A stretch of 64,000 nucleotides of DNA from an uncultured virus (IMG/VR IMGVR_UViG_3300017642_000089) (lineage: Duplodnaviria > Heunggongvirae > Uroviricota > Caudoviricetes). The position numbers were made by a program, and so were the translations under genes. The stretch lies in IMG/VR virus record IMGVR_UViG_3300017642_000089; one strand, written 5' to 3'. Shown here in pieces: positions 10,735 to 21,045 of this stretch; within the stretch, counting starts at the first letter, position 1; every line of letters starts with the position of its first letter. Under the pieces are notes generated by a model, which saw nothing but the letters and a program-made list of their open reading frames with translations, made no database searches and had not been told where the DNA came from.

Positions 10735-10768
10735 CCAATGTACGTTTCTATGTCAAATCGTACATTGG
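10735..10768. other. Putative tyrosine recombinase core site, 13-8-13 architecture
   Basis: CCAATGTACGTTT-ctatgtca-AATCGTACATTGG; arms are 12/13 inverted; ~135 bp upstream of the small recombinase. Confidence 0.7.
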
Positions 10769-10929
10769 CTTAATTTTGAATATCTGTATTTTTTTGCTTA
10801 AAATTACATAAGCAGCAATCGGATTGAGCAAAGAAACGCTTCAAGTTCAGTTGTCCATAAAATTGGAACTGGAGACGCAACAAAGAATAATGCCACGCAA
10901 TTGCTTACATGGCATTATCCAACAAGGCG

Positions 10930-11292
10930 TCAGTGCTCGATCTTGGTCAGGATGATCGAATTGCTCTCGACCATCACCGTGAACTCGTCGCCTTCGGTAA
11001 GTTGAAGGTCACCGAGTCCGAGATGCTTCAGATAGAGCTTGACCTCGTTGTTCTTGTTGACCTTTGGTCTGGTCGAACTCTTCACGTACATGCCCTTGAC
11101 TTCGTAGAAGATGCGATCATCGCTGATCAGCCTCAAGACGTACTGCTTGAGGGTTTGCTTGTGGGCAATCCCAAGCTTCGCCATGATTTCGTTGGCTGAT
11201 TCATTGTTCTTGATGCACTCCCGAAGCAAGGTCGGATTGTACTTCGACTCGATCTTGGTTCCCTTGGCGGGTTGATCGTCTTTCTTCGACAT
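10930..11292 (-). CDS. Small basic hypothetical protein, possibly DNA-binding (AbrB-like C-terminus)
   Basis: AAGGAG RBS before MSKKDDQP; C-terminal LGL..LTEGDEFTVMVESNSIILTK pattern. Confidence 0.6.
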   Translation of the reverse strand: MSKKDDQPAKGTKIESKYNPTLLRECIKNNESANEIMAKLGIAHKQTLKQYVLRLISDDRIFYEVKGMYVKSSTRPKVNKNNEVKLYLKHLGLGDLQLTEGDEFTVMVESNSIILTKIEH

Positions 11293-12741
11293 GACAAAAC
11301 TCCTTGTTGGATTTGTACTAATAAATATCTGTAGGTCACTGTTGAATCGACAATAAGAAAAACAAGGAAAACTACTTGAAAATGCGCAGTTTTTACTCAA
11401 AAATCGCAGAAAACCGCGCAAATATGCATGAAAATCATGGTCCTACACCTGTTGAAACCGTTGATTGGCCCTAGGCTGCGATTTCCGGGGCTTTGGGGGG
11501 TGTCCGGGACCCAAACCATGGGGTCGGGTCCGAAAATCCAGGAGAGGGGAGATTTGGGGGCCTGTTTTGGGGCTGATCCGGTGACCAACAGGACCGAGGG
11601 ATGGGAGCGAGCAAAACGACGCCACGCCGTTCGATTCTCCGCATCCCCTGGCAATCTGAAACAAAAAGAAGCTCATCCACATCAATGGACAAGCTTCGCT
11701 AGCATTTTGGCCTATCTTGAGTACCAACATGACATTGATACTCAAGATAGCCCCAAGATCGAATGGACTATCGCTAATCCAAGCTTCTTGTTACTTCTGG
11801 ACGTTCGGTTTTCCCGAATCCAGCTGTATGAGATGATGCAGCGCTAGAATAAACTGAAAATTTGAAAGGTATTTTTAAATTTATACACTTTTTGTTGCTC
11901 AAACTTTTAAGTCTTGATTTGTTACAATCTTATCGAATAGCATTTTTATGTTTACTGCATCATCTCATGGTTCCTTACGAACCGCTGCCACCCATAGATA
12001 CAAAGCTTCCTTGGCTTTGGCGTACAAATGGGCTTCCCGTGGTCAAATCGGTATCCTTGTTTTCAATATCCCGCGCATAATCGCTTCAATGTGCTATAAT
12101 GATTTCTCATTAAATTTCGAACGGCCATGGTTCTCATCCTGCACATTGGCCACCACTGCTTCATCTCCTTTGAGATTACGGGCTACTGAATCGTCTCAAC
12201 CACTCCTCCGTCTCGATTGCTCGATAACGGGTTGGTTCATCTCATGGATTCTGATTCAAAAGGAAGTGATCATCTTCTTTTATCATGAGACTCTTTGTTT
12301 TTTGACTTTTTTGCTCTGTGAAAGAGCTTGGATACCGATGCTTCACGGCTCCCATGACCAACTTTATTTGCTATGCAAAAGATTGTTGTCAATACTTACT
12401 TGTTTGAACAAAGTGTATAATTTTTAATATCTATCAAAGAATGATGATAACACAGAACTTTTTAGAGTCGTTTGTTTATAGAGACGGAGTGGTGTCGTGT
12501 TGAAAAATGAGATGGTGGTGGAGTGGAGTGCAGTGAAGAGCAGGGTTGGATTGGTAAATTTCAAAAGGATATGTTCTTATTGGCTTCGGTCGTCCTTATG
12601 CTTGAATTAGAGTGTTTTGACAAATCGAAACAAATTTTTACAGATATAATTCTCTCATTGCAAGTTTTCTTGCATTTATTTTGTCATGACGGTGCGGTAG
12701 TCATGAATACCAATCTGTCGCCTCCATAGGGTCTATGGAGC

Positions 12742-12767
12742 AGCCCCTCCTGTCGAGGGGCTTTTTT
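12742..12767 (+). terminator. Intrinsic terminator-like hairpin
   Basis: AGCCCCTC/GAGGGGCT stem followed by T-tract. Confidence 0.55.
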
Positions 12768-12854
12768 ACGAATTATTTACCCAAGAGAAAGAATGGGGGA
12801 AGCCATAGTAGCCTCCCCCAAGGTGTTTACCGCAAAATCAGTATCTTAACGGTA

Positions 12855-13271
12855 CTATCCAGTGTAGTCATCAATTTCAGGTTCAATTGGTAGCTCTGCT
12901 TTTTGCTCAAAGTTGTCACATTGAACTTCAGTTGATGTAAGATATTTACTCATGGAACAGCATCGATAATCATTTTCGCCTGGACTAATTTCTTCAATGA
13001 TAAGGAACTGACACTTATTGCAATCGACTTTTTCAGATCTAGATGAATTTATAGCAATCTCGATTGGAACATTAGTTTCAATTGACTTGACGTTGTTTTC
13101 TTGAAAAGAAACTTTTTTGTTTGAATCGTCAGTCGAGTCATTTACATAAGCATCATCTTGTGGACTATTGGTTGAAACTGTATTGAGCTCAATAGAATGA
13201 CTATTCTCTGGAAATAGATTGAAACAATCTTCAGGCAAATTATAAAGACGAAGAAGCTTTTCATAGATCAT
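12855..13271 (-). CDS. Hypothetical protein with Cys cluster
   Basis: ORF with CNKC..CC..C; AT-rich. Confidence 0.4.
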   Translation of the reverse strand: MIYEKLLRLYNLPEDCFNLFPENSHSIELNTVSTNSPQDDAYVNDSTDDSNKKVSFQENNVKSIETNVPIEIAINSSRSEKVDCNKCQFLIIEEISPGENDYRCCSMSKYLTSTEVQCDNFEQKAELPIEPEIDDYTG

Positions 13272-13294
13272 GACTGAGTCCTTCTTTTCCCGGA

Positions 13295-13556
13295 GAAATA
13301 CTAAAAACAATTTTTAGTATTTTTTCCAGGGATTCAAAATTTTTAAAATAAAATTAAATAGATAGATTTTATACAAAATACTAACTTTTTCTGGGAACCC
13401 CTCACCCATTTTTTTTATTTATAAAAGAAGGTGAAGGTTTTTAATTTAATGGTTATATATAAATTTAGTATTTTAGTATTTTTGTTGTAACTATATAAAA
13501 TAAATATAAAATTTGATACTAAACAAGTTAATACTAGAGTTAGTGTTTTAGTACTT
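13295..13556. repeat. AT-rich iteron-like cluster (ATACTAA/TTAGTAT in both orientations), candidate replication origin
   Basis: Several ATACTA/TAGTA(T) copies directly downstream of the DUF927 gene. Confidence 0.55.
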
Positions 13557-13594
13557 CGTCACCAATTGAGTTAAAATATTTAACAAGATTGATA

Positions 13595-15532
13595 TCAACA
13601 GCTTTGACATGTGAAGTCTATATCGTTAGCTTTAAAGGCTTCTTTCTTGATGCAGTAGAGATTCTTCTTGATGGAGCCAGTCGAGTTACTGGTGATGACT
13701 ACTTGCTTCTGGCTTCCTTTAGAGCTTTTGTTGACATCTAAGAGTCCTTTTGTTTCTAATGTTCTTAATACTTCAGATTTATTTAATTGATTGTCTTTGA
13801 TGAGATGCTTAAATAGTTCTGAACTGATACCAATAAAGCTCCAGTCAGACCCGTCATAGTCAGTATAGATCTCAAAATCTTTCAAAACTATTTGTCCCGG
13901 TTTACTTGATTCAAGTTTTGTCAAGCATTTATTGGTATTCCCCATGATATAGTCTGACAAAATTTGAATAAATCTAGAGCCATTGTCTTCCAAAATAGAT
14001 TCTTTGTGCGCAAGCTCACTGATTTCATCGATAATAGCTTTCAGGTCAATGTCTCTTCGTAATTCTGGCATTGCGGCGTGGATCAAAGGAATAGCTGTTG
14101 CAATTGCTGCTATATTTTCACTGACACGACCTTGAACACCATTTAGATTTCCTTTGTTTGACAGCACTCGACAAATTTCCTTGTATGCTTCTTTCCATAT
14201 GTACCAGTCATTCTTGTAATTTAAAATAAAACTTGCAACACGTCTTGAAGCGTGCCCGTAGTTGTTGCTAAGAATATCATCTAACTTGGAAATGTAGTTG
14301 CGAATTTCTTTTGATTGCTTTTTAAAGGGATAACTCCAAAGAGAAATGATTCTCCCTCTTGATCCCCCATCGTTTGTCATGTCTATCGACGGGGATTCTC
14401 CAGATGACATCATAATTGTACTATAGGAAATGTTTTCTTCAGTTCCCGACAGTGTACCTCTTGATTTCCCTATACCAGTAGATACCATGTAGATCGTTTC
14501 TACAACGAGAGGTGTTGACGACTTCCCGTATTTGTCATATCCAGGAGCGTTTTTAGTATCATCAAAAATAATTGGAATGCCATTGACAGACTGTAAAATT
14601 CTTTCAGTAGCCGTGCTCGTATTTCTCCAAGTTCTGAAGAATCCACCGGTACTTTCATGAGGATCACCCCAACATGATGCAGCAATTTCAAGAGCAAATG
14701 TCTTGCCAGTAGAAGTAGGACTCGAAATTTCATACGAAAAGTTTTTACATTCAAATATTTTTAAGAACGGAGCGGTTAGCGATGTATAGAATGTAAATAG
14801 CACTATTGGAAACTCAAAAATAGTATTTATTCCCTCAACCCATTGATCATATGTACCTTTTATGCTGAAGCTTTCAACAAGCTGCTGTTCACCAGTGTCA
14901 ATGGCTCTGAATCTGTATGGTTTAGAGGCTTGACGCTCATACGGGCAAGTCTCTTCGTTAGGGTCGATTTCCGAAGAAGGTACTATGCAATCATTACCGA
15001 GTAGGAAACAGTGCATTTCTTTATTCCATCCCATCTGAGTGGTATTGATAATTACAGGAATATGGTCACGATTTATAAATTCATATAATTGTAAGTACGA
15101 TATTATTTGCTTTGCTGAATCAGAAGTAACTGGAAATCCATAGTCAGCGAGATCAACTATCTTTGTGTATTTACAAATATAACTACGATCAACTTCTATG
15201 AATTTCCATTGGTTGTCACGTATCCATGCCAATTCGACGGTTTCTCTTTGCGTTCTGGTGTCAACACCTCTATTTGTAATAAGAAGTGGACATGAAGCAA
15301 TAAACTCATCTTTATTTTCTTTAGCGTCGATGATTCTTTTGATAGTTTTGCTTGGAGAAAACGTATAGAGCAAGGGGAGAGTGCAATTTACTGATACCGG
15401 TGCTTCGGGAATTGCTTTTCTGATGTTTACGCGCTCTATTGTTGCCTTTTGACTGTTGATTTCTAATTGTTCATGATTCTCTGAAGAAACAGTGGTTACA
15501 TTATTTATTTGTTTGTTCATGATAATCCCCAT
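13595..15532 (-). CDS. DUF927-domain replicative helicase (Cch-like AAA+)
   Basis: QMGW, SPTSTGKT Walker A, IIFDD Walker B, GIGKSRG, SSGE, NYGHA. Confidence 0.85.
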   Translation of the reverse strand: MGIIMNKQINNVTTVSSENHEQLEINSQKATIERVNIRKAIPEAPVSVNCTLPLLYTFSPSKTIKRIIDAKENKDEFIASCPLLITNRGVDTRTQRETVELAWIRDNQWKFIEVDRSYICKYTKIVDLADYGFPVTSDSAKQIISYLQLYEFINRDHIPVIINTTQMGWNKEMHCFLLGNDCIVPSSEIDPNEETCPYERQASKPYRFRAIDTGEQQLVESFSIKGTYDQWVEGINTIFEFPIVLFTFYTSLTAPFLKIFECKNFSYEISSPTSTGKTFALEIAASCWGDPHESTGGFFRTWRNTSTATERILQSVNGIPIIFDDTKNAPGYDKYGKSSTPLVVETIYMVSTGIGKSRGTLSGTEENISYSTIMMSSGESPSIDMTNDGGSRGRIISLWSYPFKKQSKEIRNYISKLDDILSNNYGHASRRVASFILNYKNDWYIWKEAYKEICRVLSNKGNLNGVQGRVSENIAAIATAIPLIHAAMPELRRDIDLKAIIDEISELAHKESILEDNGSRFIQILSDYIMGNTNKCLTKLESSKPGQIVLKDFEIYTDYDGSDWSFIGISSELFKHLIKDNQLNKSEVLRTLETKGLLDVNKSSKGSQKQVVITSNSTGSIKKNLYCIKKEAFKANDIDFTCQSC

Positions 15533-15592
15533 AGAAATAGAAAGAGCCACCTGGGGGCAACCAAGTGGCTCTTCCGATTAAAGGTTATATTT

Positions 15593-16531
15593 TTATTTCA
15601 ACCAAATCACTGCCTGATCGTCAACTCTGTAACCATCGCCGTTCGAATAGACCAATATTTTCAATTTATCGACACAGTTTAATTGTTTTGCAGCCGCAGT
15701 AGTCATATTAATAAGATTTTCGACATAAAACATATGTAGTGTAGAAGTCCTAATCATATCAAATTGAGCTGCAATACTTTCATATCCATTCTTGTCTAGT
15801 GTTTCCATGCAACGAGCAATTCCAGGTCCACGAGGATTCAACGGTTCTGTCCAAATAGCTTCAGGATCACACTCCAAAACAGAAGATAGCATTTGTTCAT
15901 AGCTTTCAGGATCATTACCAATACCAGGAAGCACCGGGCAAATCATTCCAAAGGTTTTAATTCCAAGTGAGTGAGCTTTTTTCATAGCGTCAATACGTTC
16001 AGACATCAAAGAAGCATTCGGTTCGATCAATTTCATGATATTTTCTTTAGATACTGGACTCGTGATGCTTAACCCGATTCGAATCCGATCACCGAATTGT
16101 TTTATAAGATCAAAATCATTTTGAACGGCAGCGTTCTTTGTAAGGACTCTAACCTGGCACTTCGAATTGACAAGAACCTGCTCAAGGATCTTTCTACCGA
16201 GATTATACTTCTGTGCTTCTGGTGACCAGCAATCTGTAATCGTACTGATCATGACCATATCATAGGCGCTGAGATTCCCAATCTGGCGGCCAACACGAAT
16301 TGCTGTCCAGGGATCAATTACAGACCCACCATTTTCAAAATATTGAAAAGAAGAAATGCCCATGTCTCGAAATAGAGCATGGGTCCGTAGTAGAGAAGGC
16401 GTAGAGCAATAAGCACAACCATGTCCACAAAGCAACCCTCCATTGATAGCGTGTGTCGCTAACTGTTTTTTGTTAAACTCATCTGATTTTGTGACGCCTA
16501 CACTTCGTTGAAACTCTTGAACTTTATCCAT
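15593..16531 (-). CDS. Radical SAM protein (SPL/Rv2578c-like)
   Basis: CGHGCAYC (CxxxCxxC), STITD, LTKN, IEPNAS..SERI, PVLPGI. Confidence 0.85.
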   Translation of the reverse strand: MDKVQEFQRSVGVTKSDEFNKKQLATHAINGGLLCGHGCAYCSTPSLLRTHALFRDMGISSFQYFENGGSVIDPWTAIRVGRQIGNLSAYDMVMISTITDCWSPEAQKYNLGRKILEQVLVNSKCQVRVLTKNAAVQNDFDLIKQFGDRIRIGLSITSPVSKENIMKLIEPNASLMSERIDAMKKAHSLGIKTFGMICPVLPGIGNDPESYEQMLSSVLECDPEAIWTEPLNPRGPGIARCMETLDKNGYESIAAQFDMIRTSTLHMFYVENLINMTTAAAKQLNCVDKLKILVYSNGDGYRVDDQAVIWLK

Positions 16532-17547
16532 AGTGAACCAGCTTTATTGTTTTCATTTGTTTAATAACGTTGCCATACGACAGGGAATTGACACGAAATT
16601 TCTTGATTCACATTTTGTAATATCTGTAATTTTGTGTTCTTTTAGTGATGATCAATGCTGAAGACGAATAACGATGACCAATGCATTTACTTTGGTCCAT
16701 GGTTGGCGAATTTACTGATTTATAGAAACAAATGAGGCGACCATAAGGCCACCCCTTCCCTAACGGTTTGCGGATAAGCGCATGCAATCGCGTTTTTGGA
16801 ACCTTTTCGGGGACGGTCTATAGGATTTTGGCTGAGTTTCCCACTTCACGCCCAATTCTCAGAGATAGGTGCTCAAAATTCCAGGGTGAGACTTTCAGAT
16901 TTACCACTTCATTGGGCCAAGCACCTCTATTCTGAGAAATTTTCACCACTTCTCTTTGAATCGAAACTTAGCTAATTCATCTGGATTTCGTATAGTATAA
17001 GAGCGCGTCCCTCTGAACCAATTCAGCCCCAATCCACCGTCATTATTGCAAATTTATCGACATAATGACGCCGGTCACCATTTTTGATAGTGCTTCGGCA
17101 TGGATTGGATCACCGGCATCATCATGGGCATCGTGGCTCTCATCGCGCTCGGGGCTGTCCTACTCGGCGTCAAATCCGGGAACGACAGACCGGTCCCAGA
17201 ACGATTCGATTTCGATGGGTACAAGGAACGCGAACTTTTTGGACGGGGTTTATTCGATAAGACCAAGTGGCGGTGATACTGGAGTTAAGATCGATGTGAT
17301 GGTGAACAAATATAACAACGAAAATTTGTCTTCATTGTCTTCAATAAGTCTTTATTAAACTTTATATCTGATTAGATGAGCCTTTCTCTCAGATGTTTAT
17401 CCAATCAACGCCTGATAGGATGGCGGATATTCGAACAACCAATCAGAACTATCATATTTACTCAAATCGAAATACAGCTATTTAATCTGAAATACGTATG
17501 AAATAAATGCATGGCATTTCGAATAGAACAGATCGATTTCAAACAAA

Positions 17548-17937
17548 TTAATCGTCCTCGGGCAGCATAAGTGTCAGAACAGGCTCCCCCTGATCACCAG
17601 GACCGATGTGCGCGATGACATCCACCGTCTCCGTCCGCCCTGGTTCCATAAGGAACGCGATCCTGACGGTGGCTCGATCCGCACCAGGGTGGCTCTTTTT
17701 TGCTGAGCAGAGCACCAGAAACAGCAGATCGTGGAGGCGGCCAGACGTACTTTGCCCTTCACCGGTCAACCCATCCGGCGGTTCGACGTACCCGTGGTAG
17801 AGGTGCTCGGAGACGGCGGTATGGACCTTGAACCCGACAGCCCTGGCCGCGTCGGTGATGTCGATGAGCACGCCGTCAGCGATGGCCTGTGCTCGGGTGT
17901 AGCTGTAGATCAGATTCCAATCGTTATCAGTGGTCAT
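17548..17937 (-). CDS. DUF6573-like hypothetical protein
   Basis: IYSYTRAQAIADGVLIDIT and GPGDQGEPVLTLMLPED motifs; AAGGA RBS. Confidence 0.75.
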   Translation of the reverse strand: MTTDNDWNLIYSYTRAQAIADGVLIDITDAARAVGFKVHTAVSEHLYHGYVEPPDGLTGEGQSTSGRLHDLLFLVLCSAKKSHPGADRATVRIAFLMEPGRTETVDVIAHIGPGDQGEPVLTLMLPEDD

Positions 17938-18151
17938 CGTCAGAGTCCTTTCCTTGCGGGGGTAAAATACCGTCCAGTTTCCTTCGGAAATTCTGGCACA
18001 ACTCGAGACCGACCTCAGCGCATGAGCATGCAATGTCCCCAGATAACTCTGACGAAGACTTGTCCATGATCTTGAAAAGCTGTTCTACTGGTCGGAATGC
18101 GTTGATAATCTCTGACTTCAACTCAAGAATATCTGGTTGATCGTGTTCCAT
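17927..18151 (-). CDS. Hypothetical protein
   Basis: ORF overlapping the start of the next gene; AAGGA upstream. Confidence 0.5.
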   Translation of the reverse strand: MEHDQPDILELKSEIINAFRPVEQLFKIMDKSSSELSGDIACSCAEVGLELCQNFRRKLDGILPPQGKDSDDDH

Positions 18152-18257
18152 ACGAATTCAATCCTTGCGAATGTACCATATTTGCTAGATATAAAGCGAC
18201 GATGAATAAAAAATCGCAGGACGCCACTGCTGACGCCCTGCGATCACGTTGAAGATG

Positions 18258-18413
18258 TTAACCGTCGGCGGCGTCGTCCATTTCCTTCACAAACTCCTCC
18301 TGCTCTGCGGCGGGCATCCGTTCGAAGGAATCGTACATCTCTTGCCGCTCAGGATCGGGACCCAAGTCGGGAGCTCCAGGGATAACGACCGGACCAAAAG
18401 GATTCTCAACCAT
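18258..18413 (-). CDS. Small acidic hypothetical protein
   Basis: GGAGG RBS; followed by a hairpin and T-tract at ~18207-18245. Confidence 0.4.
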   Translation of the reverse strand: MVENPFGPVVIPGAPDLGPDPERQEMYDSFERMPAAEQEEFVKEMDDAADG

Positions 18414-18491
18414 AATGCTGACCTCCGTAACTTTGTTCAGGATTGCAACAGATTGTCGTGGCATGCTGTTGCATTGCAGCTACGGGGAAAA

Positions 18492-18692
18492 GATACCCTG
18501 GGCCTGGGGCCAGGTCACGGTGGAGATGGAGAAATTGGACGCGTCGCCATGAAAAACGGACATTGGCCCGGAGCGGGGTTTCCCTGAGCGTTGGGATCAA
18601 GGGTGAGCCAATGGGGGAGGCCCAGGGGAAAGGTCCAGGAGCAGGCCGTAGGACGCGAATCCAAGGCCTGTCCGGGGTGGGAGCACAACCCC
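18492..18692 (+). repeat. Direct repeat family, copy A (~200 bp, close to copy B)
   Basis: AAACGGACATTGGCCC...CCAAT...CCAGGA...CGCGAATCCAAGGCCTGTCCGGG. Confidence 0.9.
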
Positions 18693-19163
18693 CAAATCCC
18701 CCCAAGGGGGGCTGGGACTATTTCCTGAGAGAAAGCAACGAATTTTTAGTCAGTTCTGCGGTACATGGCGCTGCACCTTATGATGTTCAGTAGGTGGAGC
18801 AGGAAATAGGTCGGTTTTGAGTGCAACAACGCTGCCGGTGTCGTTAGAAGTTTTTCTTTGTAATCTCGCTAAAATGCATCATTTTTATAAAAACGATCCT
18901 AAAATGCTGTACCGGAGGGCAGCCTCCAGCCATTTTCAGGTGTGTATTGTTTTCGCCTAAGCCAGTGAAGGCGTATCTGAGACGCGTGAGGGTTCGGCTG
19001 TCACGATGAAACGCCACATTATATTAAGGAATTCGATTTATTCGAGAGACAAAGATGTCTTTTGCCGTTTTCCCTTCATAACAAGGACCGGACATTAAGT
19101 TTATTGGCAATGAGAACCAAACTCCACACCCCCAAGTAAAAATTTAAATATAAAGTTAGGAAG

Positions 19164-20999
19164 TTAGTATTTCAACCTCAAATCGCACTCATGCTTACAG
19201 GATGATTCAGTTGCTCTAATGATGCGATCCCTATCAACAAATTCTTTTGCTTTTCCCTGAGCATAATTTACAGCCATTCCAAAGCAATCTGAGTAGCATT
19301 GTTCGAGGGCCTTTTGCCGAGGTGTTTTTTGAGCTTCTTGAATCGTTTGTTTTTTTCTCCTTTCATCTGCTCTTTTTTCCTCTTTCGCTAAATTCGTAGT
19401 CACAGCAGATTGAAGCTTGTTTTCCATTTTATTGCTATAATCTTCTGTGAAACCATGAAAAGCATAAAGTGTTTCATCGCTAGCCCAGATGCAAGGGTCT
19501 AAATCCTGGCTCCATACCCCTCCACTAAGTGAGGCGGTAATTTCTGTTTCATCATCTCCGATAACTTCTTTCAATGTCACATATTTATATTTATCTTTAT
19601 TGTATCTTTTGTCGCGCTCGTCATAAAAATAACATTTATCTCGAAAAAGTTTATGAAATTTTATTGTACAGCTATTTGTCTTTAGTCCAGTGGCGCAATA
19701 TACATTATCTCCATCCGAGTCAGTATATGATTTTTCGTAAATGAATTTGCCTTTAATCGCTTGGTCTTGTCCGTAACTTTTAAAATGACTCCCTTCTGTT
19801 GGATGTGGATACTTAGTCATAGAAAATATTAAGCATGTTAAGTTTATTAATTTTTCTTCTTTTGACTTTGTATCAACTCGAAGTATCTTCGCAACGATAT
19901 AATCATTCACCTGGAGTCTGGTGAGAAAATCCATGAGATCGCTAGCGTTTGCTATATCCATTTGTGCTGGATGAGTTTTGTTAGAAGCATTTATAACTAG
20001 ATCGCCGCGTTGAAAACCAGCTGTTGCAGCTGGGCTATTTGGCGTTACATCAGTGACCCTGGCTCCCTTTAAAGATGGAAGTTCAAATTTAAAGTCTGCC
20101 ATTCGTATTCCCATTAAAGGTTTGTCTGGATGTTCTGGCGTTTGAAAAATTGTCACAATCGATCGGACTTCATTTGTAGTATGTCTTTCTTTGTCTGGTC
20201 TGATTGATATTATTTCAACTGAATCTCCAAAGTGCATGTCGTTACAAAACGAATGAGCTTGAAATCCATTTGAAATAGTAGCGACCTTATTTTGTGTTTT
20301 ATTTATTACTTTGATTATTAAGTCGTCAATTTGCAAACCAGCCTTCGCAGCTGGGGTATTCGGTGTTATCTCGACAATCCGTGCAGCTTCTTTGGGGAGT
20401 GATACTTTTGGTGGAAAGTCTGTTACTTGGATGCCAAGGATTGGCTTGTCAGTAGTATTGTCTTTTGTGTTGAGCGACGGATGTTCTGAATTTTTATTTA
20501 AATTCACAACTTCTTTGGGTGACGAATTTTGTGTGCTAGGCTGTTTATCTTGCACTTGTGAACCAGTGGCAATGTTTGTTTCAGGCTTATAAATGTAATC
20601 TCCATCAACAGAACCATTGAACCCAAACGAGCAAGAAGAGTAATTCCCCGATAGCTTCACATTGGCTGTTTTATTTGACAATCTAATGGTTAAGCGACAA
20701 TTTCTATTATTACTACTTGTTACCTCTATTGATCCATTTTTAACTATCCCATCTCCTTCGAATTCGCTAATAGCTGATCTTCCTGTTTCTTTGTCGAAAA
20801 TTATAATGTTCTGTATCGTTACATGGCAAGCTCCATTTCCAGTGTCACGGACAATGAGACTTCCACTTCGCCCATCTGTTTCCATAACAAAAGAGAAGTT
20901 TGGCTGAGCACAATAACCGGTTGCCCGTATTAATAACACAAATAAAATAAAAAATCCCAGCAAAACTGCCTTTGATGCAATATTCATCACCCTCTCCAT
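19164..20999 (-). CDS. Exported protein with two PDZ domains
   Basis: N-terminal hydrophobic segment; two PILGI/PLMGI...TPNTPAAKAGLQIDD / TPNSPAATAGFQRGD repeats. Confidence 0.85.
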   Translation of the reverse strand: MERVMNIASKAVLLGFFILFVLLIRATGYCAQPNFSFVMETDGRSGSLIVRDTGNGACHVTIQNIIIFDKETGRSAISEFEGDGIVKNGSIEVTSSNNRNCRLTIRLSNKTANVKLSGNYSSCSFGFNGSVDGDYIYKPETNIATGSQVQDKQPSTQNSSPKEVVNLNKNSEHPSLNTKDNTTDKPILGIQVTDFPPKVSLPKEAARIVEITPNTPAAKAGLQIDDLIIKVINKTQNKVATISNGFQAHSFCNDMHFGDSVEIISIRPDKERHTTNEVRSIVTIFQTPEHPDKPLMGIRMADFKFELPSLKGARVTDVTPNSPAATAGFQRGDLVINASNKTHPAQMDIANASDLMDFLTRLQVNDYIVAKILRVDTKSKEEKLINLTCLIFSMTKYPHPTEGSHFKSYGQDQAIKGKFIYEKSYTDSDGDNVYCATGLKTNSCTIKFHKLFRDKCYFYDERDKRYNKDKYKYVTLKEVIGDDETEITASLSGGVWSQDLDPCIWASDETLYAFHGFTEDYSNKMENKLQSAVTTNLAKEEKRADERRKKQTIQEAQKTPRQKALEQCYSDCFGMAVNYAQGKAKEFVDRDRIIRATESSCKHECDLRLKY

Positions 21000-21045
21000 G
21001 TTTGGTTTCGTGATGCTATGATGTGGTGAATAAAGATGGCCACAA

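Noticed and set aside
11397..12729. Several 70-160 aa ORFs in the AT-rich block
   Set aside because: No recognisable motifs or convincing RBS; they overlap each other on both strands
15593..16531. Radical SAM protein as QueE supplying the TGT-like gene
   Set aside because: Motifs fit the SPL/Rv2578c-like group; no QueE-type signature seen, and it lies in a different module
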